Positions 28,010 through 42,200 of a stretch of 64,000 bases of DNA are shown here, piece after piece. Under the pieces are notes generated by a model. The model was not told the origin of the DNA. It was given only the letters and a program-made list of their open reading frames with translations, and did no database searches. The position numbers were made by a program, and so were the translations under genes. This DNA is from Antedon mediterranea (lineage: Eukaryota; Animalia; Echinodermata): NCBI RefSeq assembly GCF_964355755.1, contig NC_092678.1, positions 8,634,422 to 8,698,421 on the forward strand. Reading direction: 5' to 3'. Every line of letters starts with the position of its first letter. The first letter of the stretch is position 1.

Positions 28010-29690
28010 AAGATGGTCGATCTTCTGCGTCGAAAGATGTACAGGCCTTTTCACAGTTCAACCATGTCGCTGTGTCTATTTAATTGCCACTTCTACAATA
28101 CGTATACCATAACCGATGGAATACACAATCGCAAGCACCGTCAATGTATTTTTCTGGTGCTACCTCTGGATGATTATCCATGTATTGAATTACTTTGTCC
28201 AACGATGAAAAGGTTAACTCTTTGTGTCCTCCTTGATATTGTACTCTGCATGCCATCCCGAAGTCTATGAGCTTCGCTCAGTAGCTGGTTCTATCGTGCT
28301 GGATCAGGATGTTTCTCGCAGCTACGTCGTTGTGGAGAATCCCGCGTTTGTGCATTTGTGAGCGCAATGACAACCTCTGATGTCATAGAGATATATTCAA
28401 GCGCGCTCAAGGACGGCTTTCCGGTTCGCAATACATCCAAGAATGTGGTACTGGAAAGGGTGAAAGTATTTCCGATAAACTCCTGCACCATAGAGCATAT
28501 ACGTCACCTTGGCGGAAGACGCCAAAGACGCGAGGAACAGAACAGAAGGCAGATCGTCTAGAAACTTCATCACACGCGCTTCTACCAGCATCCTGCCCCA
28601 TGCTTGATCAAGGTTGCTGAAACTGTTAAAAAAAAAAGCCGTCTTGACAGCGACGAGGTGATAGTGGCCTGGAAAAAGATCGAATGTCATCAGGTCAACG
28701 CGGCCAAAACTCCCCTGTCCAAGACGTACAGGATTACTAAGGTAGGAAACACTTGAACTAACTAATAACTGAGCAGGCGGCAGCATTTCAGCAAGTTTTA
28801 TTGTAGCATCTATATCGTTAAGGACGTGTTTAGGTGTTGAAGTGATAGAGTTACTTTTCGAAGAACGGGACGAACCATGGAGGCTACTGGTAGGTGACAA
28901 TGGCCATTGCGATGACCGATGATTGCACACTACAAAGACGTTTCTTTTCTGGTATCTCACCAGGTGATAACTCTGATGTTGGTTGTCTGAAAATGCGCTG
29001 GACCGGAGCGGTAGACGATGAAGATGATGACGACGACGAGCTATAAACACGTTGCTTTGTAAGAATCATTTTCCCAGGCGATAGACCTGCTGTGGTAAAT
29101 ATCTGGCCAGGAGAAAGCGCAAATTTTGAAGATGACGATGTGGATGACATTGGCCACAGAGACGAATGTGATCTTGATGACTTTGATAGAGACTTTGATG
29201 ATGACTGTCGTACTGATACGTGTATCCCTGACAGCGATGCCGACACTGTGCCCGCTGATAGAGATGGTGATGATGATAATGACGACGATGACGAACTTAA
29301 GTTGCTATCCGATGATTCGTCACTTCTGATACACAAAAGATGAAGCACTGCTGCCCAAATACTGACTTTCTTGCTTGCTGGGGTGCATCTGGTTGAGATC
29401 TACTTAATTGGAAAAAAACAATTCACATAGCCTAGTAGGCCTAAGTTAAGGCGCGCCTAGGCTATGCCTCAAGGCACTAGCTAGCGTAATTAATAGGCCT
29501 AGCCTAGTAGGCTATGCCTAGCTAGCTAGCTACCTACTAGGCCTAGGACTATTACTAACTTAATTAGACCCTACTATTGGTAAAACAAACTCTTTAAATT
29601 TTTTTTGAGAAATTCCTAGGCCTAACATTAGAAAAGCTGAAGGCTAAGCCTAAAGACTTACCCTTCTTCTTGTTGCGACTGGTTCATCAT
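28010..29690 (-). pseudogene. Frameshifted protein kinase pseudogene (intronless kinase domain, Ser-rich N-terminus)
   Basis: Motifs occur in order across frames: LGQGSFGRV, VAVK, E (alphaC), VPRVFGV, VQEFIG, MHKRGILHNDVAARNILI, (stop) AKLIDFGMA, HPEVAPE, EDRPS. There are at least 3 frameshifts plus an in-frame TGA. A possible short first exon at 29662-29690 has a gtaagt donor. Confidence 0.82.
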
Positions 29691-30466
29691 GATTTCTTCA
29701 ATTCAATTCAATTCAAAATTCTTTAATCATCCCACACGAAGCTCAATCGATTTGTTGGCCATGCTTGGTTAACAGAAATTTTCGAATTCGAAATTTTGCT
29801 TAGCAACATGTTATGACTCACACAAATTGCAAGAAAAGGTTTTTTTTTAATGGAATGTGTTCTTTAGACCCCACTGAACACATTTATCAACGTTAGGACA
29901 TTTTTCGACAACGGGAAGTAGCTTAATTTGTATAATTAAAAATGGCCGCCATTTTTAATAACGTACTCTGTATCTTGGAAACCGCTAGTCACAGATACTT
30001 AATTTTGGTGTCAAAATCGTTAGAATATATGTTTTTATATTCACTTTATTGAAAAGGTTTGTCCAAAAATGAATGGAAGTGCTATTTCTAACATTATTGA
30101 CCTTTGACCTTGAATTCTCATATCTCAGCAACCACTAATCGGAGATATACAAATTAGGGCTTAAATTGTTCAGAAACTACACATTTATATCCAGTCTAAT
30201 GGCATGTTTTTTCCAAAAAATGGCAGATTCTATCTTTAACAATTTATTCAATCTTCTATCTGCTAAAGCCAAAGTATAGTCGTTATCTCGGGACCGTTCT
30301 ATGGCCACCACCAGGTAGGCTTACTTCATCAAAGCATCTATGAATGGATGTACTGGTTGGGAGCCGAAAAACTAATAGACCATACCCAGTACCGTTTTGA
30401 TTACGATCAATCGAGAAATTACCGCACCAGCTCACGACACAATCTGCGATAACTTCATTTGATTAA

Positions 30467-31092
30467 AGCCCCATTCCCTACGTTTTTTAGATCTAATTTA
30501 AGATCACAAACTATATTTAATGTAAAAATAATACTATATGGTCCTATTGCGATAACTTTTTTCGTCTTTAAACGGTTAAAAATGTGAAAAATAAATCGAT
30601 TTTAATAATTATAGCGGCCCGCTATAAATCCCAAAATGCATTGCGCGCGGATTGATATTGTTGTTTTTCACCTGTAATTCGCCCACTTTTCGATCGATCG
30701 TGAAGCCAAATCAAATGGAAGACTCCTAACTTTTCAGCGAAAATACCGGGTTTTCCCCAATTTGTATCAACGGAGTCTGGCAAAAATATAAAGACAATTA
30801 ATGCAGCAACTATACAACGTCAGGCTAGGTATATAGCTAGCGTACGATGTTCGTACGTTACCGATGTTTACCAGCTAGGCCTACAAAACTAAGCCTAGCT
30901 AGGCTAGGCCTGAGACCGTCCACGAGAGGTCGATCGCCGCGAGCTACTTAGGTAGTGCATTGTTTCTCACTTTTTATCATAATTTACCATAAAACGTACA
31001 TTTAAGACAAGGAATGACATGGTTTAATGTTTTTAAAGTGATATATATGTATTATTTTCCAAAAAACGTCCAAAATTGCAGGGAAGGGGTCT
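30467..31092. mobile_element. Kolobok-like MITE nested in element C
   Basis: TTAA on both sides; imperfect TIRs AGCCCCATTCCCTAC / GCAGGGAAGGGGTCT. Confidence 0.65.
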
Positions 31093-32189
31093 TTAAAAAG
31101 CAAATCACACATATACACATAATCAAGCATAGTATACTCTATCTCTAACAATTTTTTCAATCTTCTATCGACTAAAGCCGAAGTATAGTCGTTATCTCGG
31201 GACCGTTCTATGGTTACCACCAGGTAGGCTTTCTTCATCAAGGCTTCTATGAATGGATGACGGATGACGAGTTGGGATCAGGAACGCTAGTAGACCATAC
31301 CCAGTACCGTTTTGATTACGATCAATCGGGAAATTACCTCACCATGTTTTTTCCAAAAAATGGCAGATTCTAACATTATTGACCTTTGACCTTGATTTAT
31401 CATATCTTAGCAACCACTAATCTGAGAGACACACAATATGGCTCAAACTGTTCAGAAACTACATATTTATATTTAGTCTAATGGCATGTTTTTGCAAAAA
31501 AAGGCCGATTCTAACATTATTGACCTTTGAACTTTGCACTACATAAAATCGCATAACTTTGAAAATATTGTACATATGAAATTATTTTTAGTGTCAAATT
31601 GTTCAGAACATACATGTTTCTATAGAGTCCAATGACACATTATGTCCAATAATGACCTATTGTATGGTTATTAACATTTGAACTATATTTGAAAAAGATT
31701 TTTAAACCCGGAATCTTCTTCATGTAGGCATTCATTAGAACATGTGATTTGGCACTACTTGTTTAGAATATGGTGGTAATTTAAAGTGCATGTAACCAGT
31801 TGATTAATTTAGTTACTGAAAATATTCACTTAAAAAAAATTATTAGACTATGTATACATACATTATAGGTTTGGATTATTAATAAATTTTAAATTAGGTC
31901 TTACATCTTACTCAGGAAAAAGTTTGTGTTGACACTATTAACAGAGCCAACAAAGATGTAGTTTTTTAAATGATATATTGTACATACTTTAGCATCACTC
32001 TTGAGGGCATTCTTTTAGGTTAAACATAGTCTTATTAAGAAGGCCTTTTCTACTACTAGACGCATTGTTGACAACTGGAATTTTAAAAGATCGATATTAA
32101 TGCAACATATTTAGTTTAGTTTATTTAATTGGCTATCAAGACTCATAATTAGACTGACCACCACTTGCAATATTTTCGCCGTATACAGT

Positions 32190-32370
32190 AACAAGGCCAA
32201 CAGCCATAAGTCGCGTGCTCTCAGAAAAAAATGAACTTTCAAAAAGTAATGTACATCAAAACAGTTCAAAAAGTACAGAAAAGCGATAAAACGAATAGTG
32301 ATACCGGACCGACAGACAGACCGACAGACCGACATAGTGAACTATTGAGTCGCGTCCACGCGACTAAAAA
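32190..32370 (+). mobile_element. DINE-1/HINE-like Helentron derivative nested in element C
   Basis: AACAAGGCC start, AGTCGCGTG subterminal motif, (GACA/GACC)n microsatellite and 3' stem-loop AGTCGCGTCCACGCGACT followed by an A-run. Confidence 0.65.
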
Positions 32371-34136
32371 CCTCAGTTTCTTATGGAATTTATTTATTTA
32401 TTTCAATAACCATATACAGTATGACTACTCTAGTGGTGTATAGTTTTTAACCTTTTATAATTTGTTTTTGTACTTTTTTTACCTGTTAGAATCGGCCATT
32501 TTTTGCAAAAACATGCCATTAAACTAAATATAAATATGGAGTTTCTGAACAGTTTGAGCCATATTGTGTGTCTCTCAGATTAGTGGTTGCTAAGATATGA
32601 TAAATCAAGGTCAATAATGTTAGACTCCGCTATTTTTTGCAAAAACATGCCATTAGACTGGATATAAATGCGTAGTTTCTGAACAATTTAAGCCCTAATT
32701 TGTATATCTCCGATTAGTGGTTGCTGAGATATGAGAATTCAAGGTCAAAGGTCAATAATGTTAGAAATAGCACTTCCATTCATTTTTAGACAAACTTTTT
32801 CAATAAAGTGAATATAAAAACATATATTCTAACGATTTTGACACCATATTTAAGTATCTGTGACTAGCGGTTTCCAAGATACAGAGTACGTTATAAAAAA
32901 TGGCGGCCATTTTTAATTATGCAAATTAGGATACTTCCCATTGTCGAAAAATGTCCTAACGTTGATAAATGTGTTCAGTAGGGTCTAAAAAACACATTTC
33001 ATCAATAAAAACTTTTCTTGCAATTTGTCTGAGAAAAGGGTCATTTTTTAGCTAAATCCCATGGACTATAACAGCAGCACGACTGGTAGAGAGAAATCTC
33101 AGATTGTTGTTGATTTTGAGCTGGTCGATGCGCTACTTATATAGATAATTTTGAGCGCGTAGTGCGTTCACATGTTCGAAATGCATCTTTTTGTTCTACG
33201 CGCGGTTCTAACGGTCGAAATGTTCTATGGTTGCCAGGATACAGTATTCGAAATTCCATCGAATTCCATTTTCAGTAGGCCTATTGCAAAAAAAAACAAA
33301 AAACAAAGCACTGTTTAATGTTTAAATTGTCAAAAAATGCTTACGGAATGGCTACCAAAATTTCCTAACATGTTTGCTGCTAAATAGTGGAATACATAAT
33401 AATTTAATATGGCAGCATTGCACCAAGAGAAAGGAGACGGCCGGATCTCAAATTCAGGAAAGTTGACCCCTTTTCTCGGTGAATCTTCTTCCGAGTCAAA
33501 ATAAAAATTGCACTCGGTCCCGCTTTCTTTAATAAAAGTAAGTAGGCCTAGTCTAGGCCTGCGGGTGTCGCAGGACTATTTTAAGGGGGTTGCCCAAGAG
33601 TTCAATGCCAAAGATATCTCACCCAAGGGCCTGTGAAAGCGAATTGTGTTTAATGACACCTCTATATGGCCGGAAATGTACTCTCGCACGTACAATTCAC
33701 GATAAATGGCAACTCTAGTTCGTCTGAAATATCGAGCTACAGTAGCAAACAAAAAACAAACTATACAACACAGTGTTGCTTAAACCACACTCCAAAGAAA
33801 AGAAAATATTTTTGAAATTTGCAGAAAGAAGAAATTGAACACTCAATTATTTCAAGGTTCGGAACGCCCGTAATTAATTAACTACGGAAATTCGGCTCAA
33901 TATTCGTAAGGAAACGAAGATAAATAGGGTACTACGGAAATACTTAAGATTAGGAAACCCGGCAAAATGCAATAATTATCATGTACACATTATCAACGAA
34001 CTATATGACGGGGCTTTCCACGAACACAGTGTGTGGCCTTTTGTACCTTTTCATAACGCACACAAGCAATCCAAACAGTCAAAAATTCATCCTGAGCATG
34101 TTCAGAAACATTATCTACAAACAATATATAATATAT

Positions 34137-37100
34137 TAGGCTAGTCAATCTAGCAAAAAAAAACAGCCCAAAGTGAAACAAATTGCAAACAGAGATTTTT
34201 CTTTTTTAAATGGTCATATATGATGAGGAGATCAAAATTTGAGCATCACACCTCTGTCACTCATCCCGATGATATGCAAATTAGCTTAAATATGCAAATT
34301 AGGGTGAAATTACAAGGTTACCATATCTCAAAAACTACTAGTCCGAGAGAGTTGGTTTTTTCACTGATCTATTCAAAATGTATATATTTATATTTACTCT
34401 AATGAAACATTTTACGAAAAAATGACCGGAAGTACAACATTTGACCTTCGACCCCATTTCTCAATGTTTGCATATACAATGTGACTAAAAAAATGTCTGT
34501 AGAGACTTTATTTTGCCCTCAAATGACCCAGACATAAGTTCCTAATGGCCAGCATAGGATCACTTTGTAATTCCCAAAATCACACCTTTGTCACACGACA
34601 CACCTCGAAAGTATGCAAATTAGTAGTACAATTTAAATAAAATATGCAAATAAGGGGAAAAAATTACAGTTGTCCTATATCTCGAAAACCACTAATGCTA
34701 GAGAGCTGATTTTTTCACAGCCGTATTCAAAATGTACATATTTCTATTTGCTCCAATGAAACATTTTACAAAAAATTGACCGGAAGTATGACATTTGACC
34801 CTCGACCCCATTTCTCAATATTGCATATATAAATGAAACTAAAATGTCTGTAGAGACTTTGTTTTGCCCTCAAATGACTCCGATACAGGTTTCTAATAGC
34901 CAACATAGGACTGTTTAGTAGATCTCAAAATCACACCTGTATCACTCACCTCCAAAGTATGCAAATTATTAGTACAAGTTACATGAAATATGCAAACTAG
35001 AGGGTGAAATTAAAGGTTCCTATATATCGAAAACCACCAAGGCTAGAGAGTTGATTTTTTCAATAACTTGTTCAGAATGTACATATTTATATTTACTCTA
35101 ATGAAACATTTTACGAAAAAATGACCGGAAATACAACAATTGACCCTCGACCCCATTTATTAATGTTTGCATACATAATGCGACTAAATTGTCTGTAGAG
35201 ACTTTGTTTTGGACTCAAATAACTCGGATACATGTTTCCTATAGTCAGCATAGGACCGCTTTGTAATTCCCAAAATCACGCCTTCGTTTTGGCATGGTTG
35301 GAATTCCCTTTTTTCGTATTAGTTTATGTACAGCGCTTAGAGGTTTACACAACATTAGGCGCTATATAAATCCAGGATATTATTATTATTATTTCTCAAT
35401 ATTTGCATATAATGCAACTAAAATGTATGTACAGACTTTGTTTTGGCCTCAAATGACTCGGATACAGGTTGTATATAGCCAGTATAAGTCAAGCACCTCG
35501 AAAGTATGCAAATTAGTAGTACAAGCTATATGAAATATGCAAATTACAGTGAATTGCCTTATGTATCTCGAAAACGCTAATGACCGAAAGAGAGAGATAT
35601 GGCAACTTTCTTGTACTACTGATTTGCATACTTTCAAGCGAAGTAACAGAGGTGTGATTTTGAGAATTACTAAACAGTCCTATGCTGGCTATAGAAAACC
35701 TGTATCTGGGTCATTATTGAAAAAAAAAATTTATCGAAAGTATGACATTTGACCCTCGAACCTATTTCTCAATATTTGCATATAATGCAACTAAAATGTA
35801 TGTACATACTTTGTTTTGGCCTCAAATGACTTGGATACAGGTTTTATATAGGCGCCAGTATAGGATCGTTTAGTAATTCCAAAAGTCAAGCAACTCGAAA
35901 GTATGCAAATTATTAGTACAAGTTATATGAAATATGCAAATTACAGCCTTATGTATCTCGAAAAACGCTAATGACCGATAGAGATATGGCAACTTTCGCC
36001 TCTTGTACTACTAATTTGCATATTTTCTAGGGAAGTAACAAAGGTGTGATTTTGAGAATTACTACAGTTCTATGCTGGCTATAGAAAACCTGTATCTGAG
36101 TCATTTGAGGCCAAAACAGTCTGATTTTAGTTGAATTATATGAAAATATTGAGAAATAGGGTCAAGGGTCAAATGTCATAATTCAATCAAGACAATTTTT
36201 GCATAAAATGTTTCATTACAGCGAATATAAATATGTACATTCTGAATCAACTCTGAATTCAAATCAACTCTCTAGCATTAATGGTTTTCGAGATATGGGA
36301 AGACTGTAATTTCACCCCTAATTTGCATATTTCATGTAACTTGTACTAATAATTTGCATACTTTCAAGGTATGTGACAAAGATGTGATTTTGGGAATTAC
36401 AAAGAGGTCCTATGCTGACAATAGGAAAACTGTATCCGAGTCATTTGAGTCCAAAAAAATTATCTACAGACATTTTAGTCGCATTATGTATGCAAACATT
36501 GATAAATAGGGTCAAGGGTCAATTGTTGTATTTCCGGTCATTTTTTCGTAAAATGTTTCATTAGAGCAACTATAAATATGTACATTCTGAACAAGTTTTT
36601 GAAAAAATCAACTCTCTACCTTAGCGGTTTTCGATACATATAGGAACCTGTAATTTCACCCTCTAATTTGCATATTTCATGTAACTTGTACTAATAGTTT
36701 GCATACTTTGAAGGTGAGTGATACAGGTGTGATTTTGAGATTTACTAAACATTCCTATGTTGGCTATTAGAAACCTGTATCCGAGTCATTTGAGGGCAAA
36801 ACAAAGTCTCTACAGACATTTTAGTTTTCATTATATATGCAATATTGAGAAATGGGGTCGAGGGTCAAATGTCATAGTTCCGGGAATTTTTTTGTAAAAT
36901 GTCTCATTACAGCAAATATAAATATATAGGCCTACATTTTAAATATTTTAGTGAAAAAATCAACACTCTAGCATTAGTGGTTTTCGAGATATGGCAACGC
37001 TGTAATTTCACTCCCTAATTTTCATATTTAATATTACTTGTACTACTAATTTGCATACTTTCGAGGTGCGTGACGAAGTTGTGATTTTAGGAATTATAAT

Positions 37101-37512
37101 ACAGTTCTATGGTGGGTATTGAAAAACAATATCCAAGTCATCGAGTCCAAAATAAAGTCTCTACAGACATTTTAATCACATATTTACGTAAATATTGAGA
37201 AATGGGGTCAAGGGTCAAAATTTGGTACTTCCGGACATTTTTATGTAAAATGTCTCATTAGAGCAAATATAAATATATATATTCTGAACCAGACTGTGCA
37301 AAAATAAACTCTCTTCGATTAGTAGTTTTTAAGATATGGTAACCCTGTAATTTCACCCTAATTTGCATATTTAAGCTAATTTGCATACCTTCGGGATGAG
37401 TGTCAGAGGTGTGATGCTCAAAAAATAATTACCTTATCATATGTAACCATTTAAAAAAAAAAAATCTCTGTTTGCAATTTGTTTCACTCAAAATGCTAGA
37501 TTGACTAGCCTA
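34137..37512. mobile_element. Complete non-autonomous Academ-like fold-back element D
   Basis: Termini TAGGCTAGTCAATCTAGCA ... TGCTAGATTGACTAGCCTA are flanked by a 3-bp TSD, TAT (34134-34136, 37513-37515). The arms are made of ~360-bp tandem subunits in opposite orientation. No coding remnant is seen. Confidence 0.85.
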
Positions 37513-37800
37513 TATGTTGACGTTAGTGGTTATTATTATGATTAAATAGGATCTAAATTTTAATTTAGTGACAGAACAATGTAGTATGAAATTACTGGGC
37601 AACTGCGGTAACAACACCACTGCGTCCGCCCCTGGATATTTTATTGTGTAATTTGAACTACCCCCTCCCCCATTTATAAGAAATTATAGATCGATAATTA
37701 TTGGAATGTATGATAGAAATGTTTTGCCCGATCCTGGCCTTTAATGTGTGTACCACCTATTTGTGAATCAACCAACCAACTGGCAAGGATTAACTTAATC

Positions 37801-37890
37801 TAAAGCTCTGTTCACACTATCAAAATGTATGCGACAAAAAAATGCGATGTTTTTTGTCACATAAAGTTTGATAGTGTAGACAGAGCTTTA
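37801..37890. mobile_element. Short hairpin MITE (Harbinger-like)
   Basis: TAAAGCTCTGTTCACACTATCAAA ... TTTGATAGTGTAGACAGAGCTTTA inverted arms. Confidence 0.6.
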
Positions 37891-38658
37891 GAGTAGGGTT
37901 AATTGAGATATTAGACATATTGTCCTCAAAAATTAAAATGAATATTTATAATTCAGGCTAAAGATTTTACAGTTTTACTTTTGTAAGCAAAAATCGAATA
38001 AACTTATAAAAATAATTAAACTTAACAATTTGACTTTTTTTGGCTTTAAATTAAATTATTTTCCTATCCATTTTTTGGGTCAAATTAATGAATAAACTAT
38101 TCAACAAAAACATTTGAACAATTTTTTTGTCAGATAAGAGAAAGAGGACAATAAATCTGTAATATAATAATAAATTCAAAATTTGTAAATATGTCCAGAA
38201 TAATACGGTACTGCATTTATTTAATGTACGAACATTTTATATAAATAATTTAAAATTATACAATTGATTATATTTAAAAATAACTGGATGATGGTAATTA
38301 TTTAGTATTGATGATGTTAACTACATTTATTGCGAATGTGTCTTAATCTAATTTAAAACTTTTTCACAACATAAGGAATATTTGTAGTATTATGTTAATA
38401 TCAATTATCATTATAGTTACTACTATTTTATTGAAAATATTAAAATTATATACAGTCTAGTCTATTCATTAATCTTTAAAAAATGCCAGCAAATTGTTAT
38501 TTGCACACATGCATATTTTTTGTACCTTCTTAGTCATTGATAGGTGATGTAATGAGCACTGGCCTACTGACATAACAGTAAGTTAATATAAAAAATCATA
38601 AGCAGCTAGGGGCTGAAATGTGAAACTTAAAGTTATATGTAGAATTAGCTATTATTAA

Positions 38659-39067
38659 AGGACAACTTGACAGCGGACTATATTTTAACAAAGTATTAGG
38701 GATGTATATATGATTTCAGAACCGTCGCTAAATTAAGGATATCGCTGCACGAGCTCGACGTCGCTGTAAATTACTGTGACGTCACAAGTGCATCGCAAAA
38801 TTTGCAAAAATGAGTTTTCTGGCAAAGACTGGCAAATCGCGAAAATTTCTAGTAAACAAATAAATTGTCAACAATATAAATGTTGATTTTTATTATTGTT
38901 TCTTTTGCTTATCTTATCAGTAGATTTTGCGATGCACCTGTTACTTCACAGCAATTTAAGGTGACAGCTGTACGGGGAGTGCGTGCGGCGATATCCTTAT
39001 TGCTGTTGTTCTGAAATCATATGTACATCCCTAATACGTTGCAAAAGGTCCTTGGTCAAGTTGTCCT
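38659..39067. mobile_element. Palindromic Kolobok-like MITE just downstream of the paralog 2 stop codon
   Basis: TTAA TSDs; TIRs AGGACAACTTGAC / GTCAAGTTGTCCT; the internal halves are also inverted. Confidence 0.7.
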
Positions 39068-39233
39068 TTAATAACAATGAAATTGAGCTATTAGTGTGCA
39101 GACATGAACTTGCAATGAAATGGAACACTTTTGCATGTTTTTTAAAAACTATTATTATGTGTGTGAAAAAACATTGCCATTCAATGTTAACAGTTTGTAT
39201 CAGTGTTGCTTTTCCAACCCATCCATCATAGAA

Positions 39234-42200
39234 TTAAATATCAAATATATTGGCGAGTTCTTCTGGAGACACATTACCACCTGTAATCACCACGACTACC
39301 GTCTTTCCAGAAACGTTTGGGACTTTGTGATGCATGAGAGCAGAGAAGGCAGCGGCACCAGATGGTTCAACCTTTAACCCCGCTTTGTATAGAAGTTTCA
39401 CAGCAGATATGATTTCAGAGTCACTAACAAGAAGGATGTCGTCAACAAATGCCTTGTTATGTGCAAAAGAATTTTTACCTTTAGTAAAAAAAACAACAAT
39501 AAAAACACAATACAGTAAAGATGATATTGTAGTCACGTACCATGACCTGAATAAACGCAAAATATATTTCAGTTTTGGCAATTTTTCTCTATAGTGATTC
39601 CAATGGAACCAGGCTTTTACATATCAGTAACAATAACATTGATTTATTAACCAACAAACGCCAATATATACTTAGATGCAAACATAGAAAATAAAGAATT
39701 TTGTACAAAATGCAAACTATGTCAATTCAAAAGCATATAAAACATTGATGCGAACGGTTCTTTTTAATTAACCCTTTCACTGGGAAATGTTAATTCCATC
39801 TCTGAGTACAGTAATTTTTTATAAAATGGAAAATTTGATTTCAATTTTTAAAAATACTAAAACAGGATTCTTTTATTGTTGTGAGAAAGAAAGATTAGGA
39901 AATTGGTAATTGAAATAATTTGTAGTCACATGACCATATATTTATTTTTTTAGCCATTATGTCTTTACTGGATAAAATTACATTAAAATAAAAAAAAAGA
40001 AATACCGTATATTTCGGTGTATAAGTCGCACCTGTGTATAAGACGCACCCCCTAACTGAGAGTAAAATATCGGTATTTTTTATATCGTCGGTGTATAAGA
40101 CGCACCTTATATTTCATCAAAACAATGTTTTTTAAAATTGTAATCAATATTATTGTAATAATATATTTTGTTATATCTGCAACGGCATCCTTTTATTTAT
40201 TTAGGTTTTTTTCTTACCTAGGCTCGGCCGCGCCAAGCCTCAACAGCCTCAACATCGAGTGCATGACCGCGTGTGTAACATGTACGTATGGGCTAGCCTC
40301 GCTCGATCATTTCGAGAGGGCGCACGTTTTCACGGACAATCGTATTCGATTAGTATCTATGTATGTATCCGAGAATTGAAGTGTGTACGCTAGGTCCATG
40401 CTATAATCACCTGGAGAATATATACTAGTCGAATACCGTACACCATGTGGCCGCCAAGAGGGCTTGCGCTGGGGGTACGGCGATCGTGCGTATAACTACT
40501 GTATAAATAAATACTAGGCCTATTCCAATCGTACTAGTCTGGGTTCCAGACGGAGTTTTGTCTTAATATTAGTAAAAAAGATAAATATTTTGGCACATAT
40601 GGCGTTTCATACGTATACTACTTGATTTTCAGACAAAAATCGCGGTCGCAATAAAAACAAATAAATAAAAAAAACAATACAGACTTGGGGCAAGTCTACA
40701 ATCGTACGTAAACGTTTACAAATTTTATCGACATAATGAACAAATCTTTTCATCATATTTAGTATAACATCATGCTAAAATGCCTTGAAAACTAGGCAGA
40801 AGCAGGTTGCCGTTACGTTAGTTAGTTACTGTAGCTAGGCCTAGGCCTAGCCTACTCAGCTCAGGCCTAGCAAACGAGGTGACGATAGCCTAGGCCTAGC
40901 TAGGCTAGGCCTATATGTACAATCTGTGTGGTGAGGCATTTATGTTCAGTGTATAAGACGCACCCTTAATTTAGAGGTCAAATTTGCGTGTCATAAGTGC
41001 GACTTATACACCGAAATATACGGTACCCAAAGTTTGAGAATAATTTTTATCTTTTTATATAAGAAAATACACAAAGAAATATTTTCCAACTTCCAACAAG
41101 TGAAAACTAAAGTAAAACAATATTAATATAAAACCGTATACTTCCCTACTTTGACAAACAGGCTTATAACAAAATGTTACTTTAGAGTAATTTACAAAAA
41201 AGACATTATTGTTTTTAATAAAAAATGAAAAGTAGTAACTTATTTTCAAATAATATATATATTTTTTACATCAATAAAATATCTCATTATAGTTTTCACT
41301 TACATTTTTTATTTTGGAAGGTCACATTGCAGCAAAGTCTTTTTCTGAATTATTTATACTTGAAAACTTTGAGAACAGGGCAGTTTTGGAGTTTAATTAG
41401 TTTCTGGATCATAATTTATCAAAATATTTAGTAACTTTAGTTAGAATAAAATAAAAATGTAGCTTTGATTTAGGTAATTTGCTGAAAATGTGTGAAAATA
41501 CAATGAAAGAATACTTTTTGTTGAGAACATCAAGATTGGTTGGTCAATGTCTGCTTAATTGCGAAGTGATTTGCTGTAAATTTGTTAGTTATTTAGCCTT
41601 TTGTCGGTTTATTTCGATCTATGGGTGTTTGTAGATAAGCCCTAATTATTATTATTATAATAAATTTAATATTTATATTATAGACAAATTTTGAGATGGT
41701 TAATTCAAGTTATATTGTATACATCAAAAGTCAAATAAAATCAAAATCTCAATTTTGGATAAAAAAATTGCCCTTCAATCAAAAAGGCCAGTAAAAGTAA
41801 TCTAAAATTAACAGCTTTAACTGTTGGTGTACAGTTGAGGAAATACTTGTAAACAATTATTTCTTCTATACACTGTAGTACCAGGTATAGTACGGATTGT
41901 ATAATTAGGGCGTTATAACGCCATGTAATACGGCGTTATAACGTCCTAATTACGGCGTTATAACGCCGTATCATTATAAAATTATTTTTTTCTTTGGCAG
42001 AAATCAGCCACCGTACATTTCAATGACATTGTCCATACCCAGTAGTAGCAGGTACATACACATTTCAATGACATTTTCCATACCCAGTAGTACCAGGCAG
42101 GTTAAAACAAGTTAACGTGGCTTACCAGCATAAGGAGGTGATAGCCCAGCTGCAATAGAGTGACTGGTGTGGTCTGTTACAGCATGCCCTTTCACTCGAC

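Larger units (their letters stand above)
29817..33068. mobile_element. Academ-like non-autonomous element C (left tip missing, nested insertions)
   Basis: 29817-~30240 is an inverted copy of ~32600-33033. The right terminus reads 5'-TAGTCCATGGGATTTAGC on the minus strand. It contains tandem subrepeats (aacattattgacctttgaccttga) and an internal duplication, 30250-30420 vs 31155-31340. Confidence 0.7.

Noticed and set aside
29092-29343. Asp-rich plus-strand ORF
   Set aside because: It is the antisense reading of the Ser-rich N-terminal region of the kinase pseudogene.
33400-34130. Possible plus-strand first exon and a Cys/His-rich minus-strand remnant
   Set aside because: The frames are short and interrupted, with no motif I can support.
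34137-37512. Large palindrome as an assembly artefact
   Set aside because: The arms differ by many substitutions and in subunit arrangement, and the element has proper termini and a TSD.
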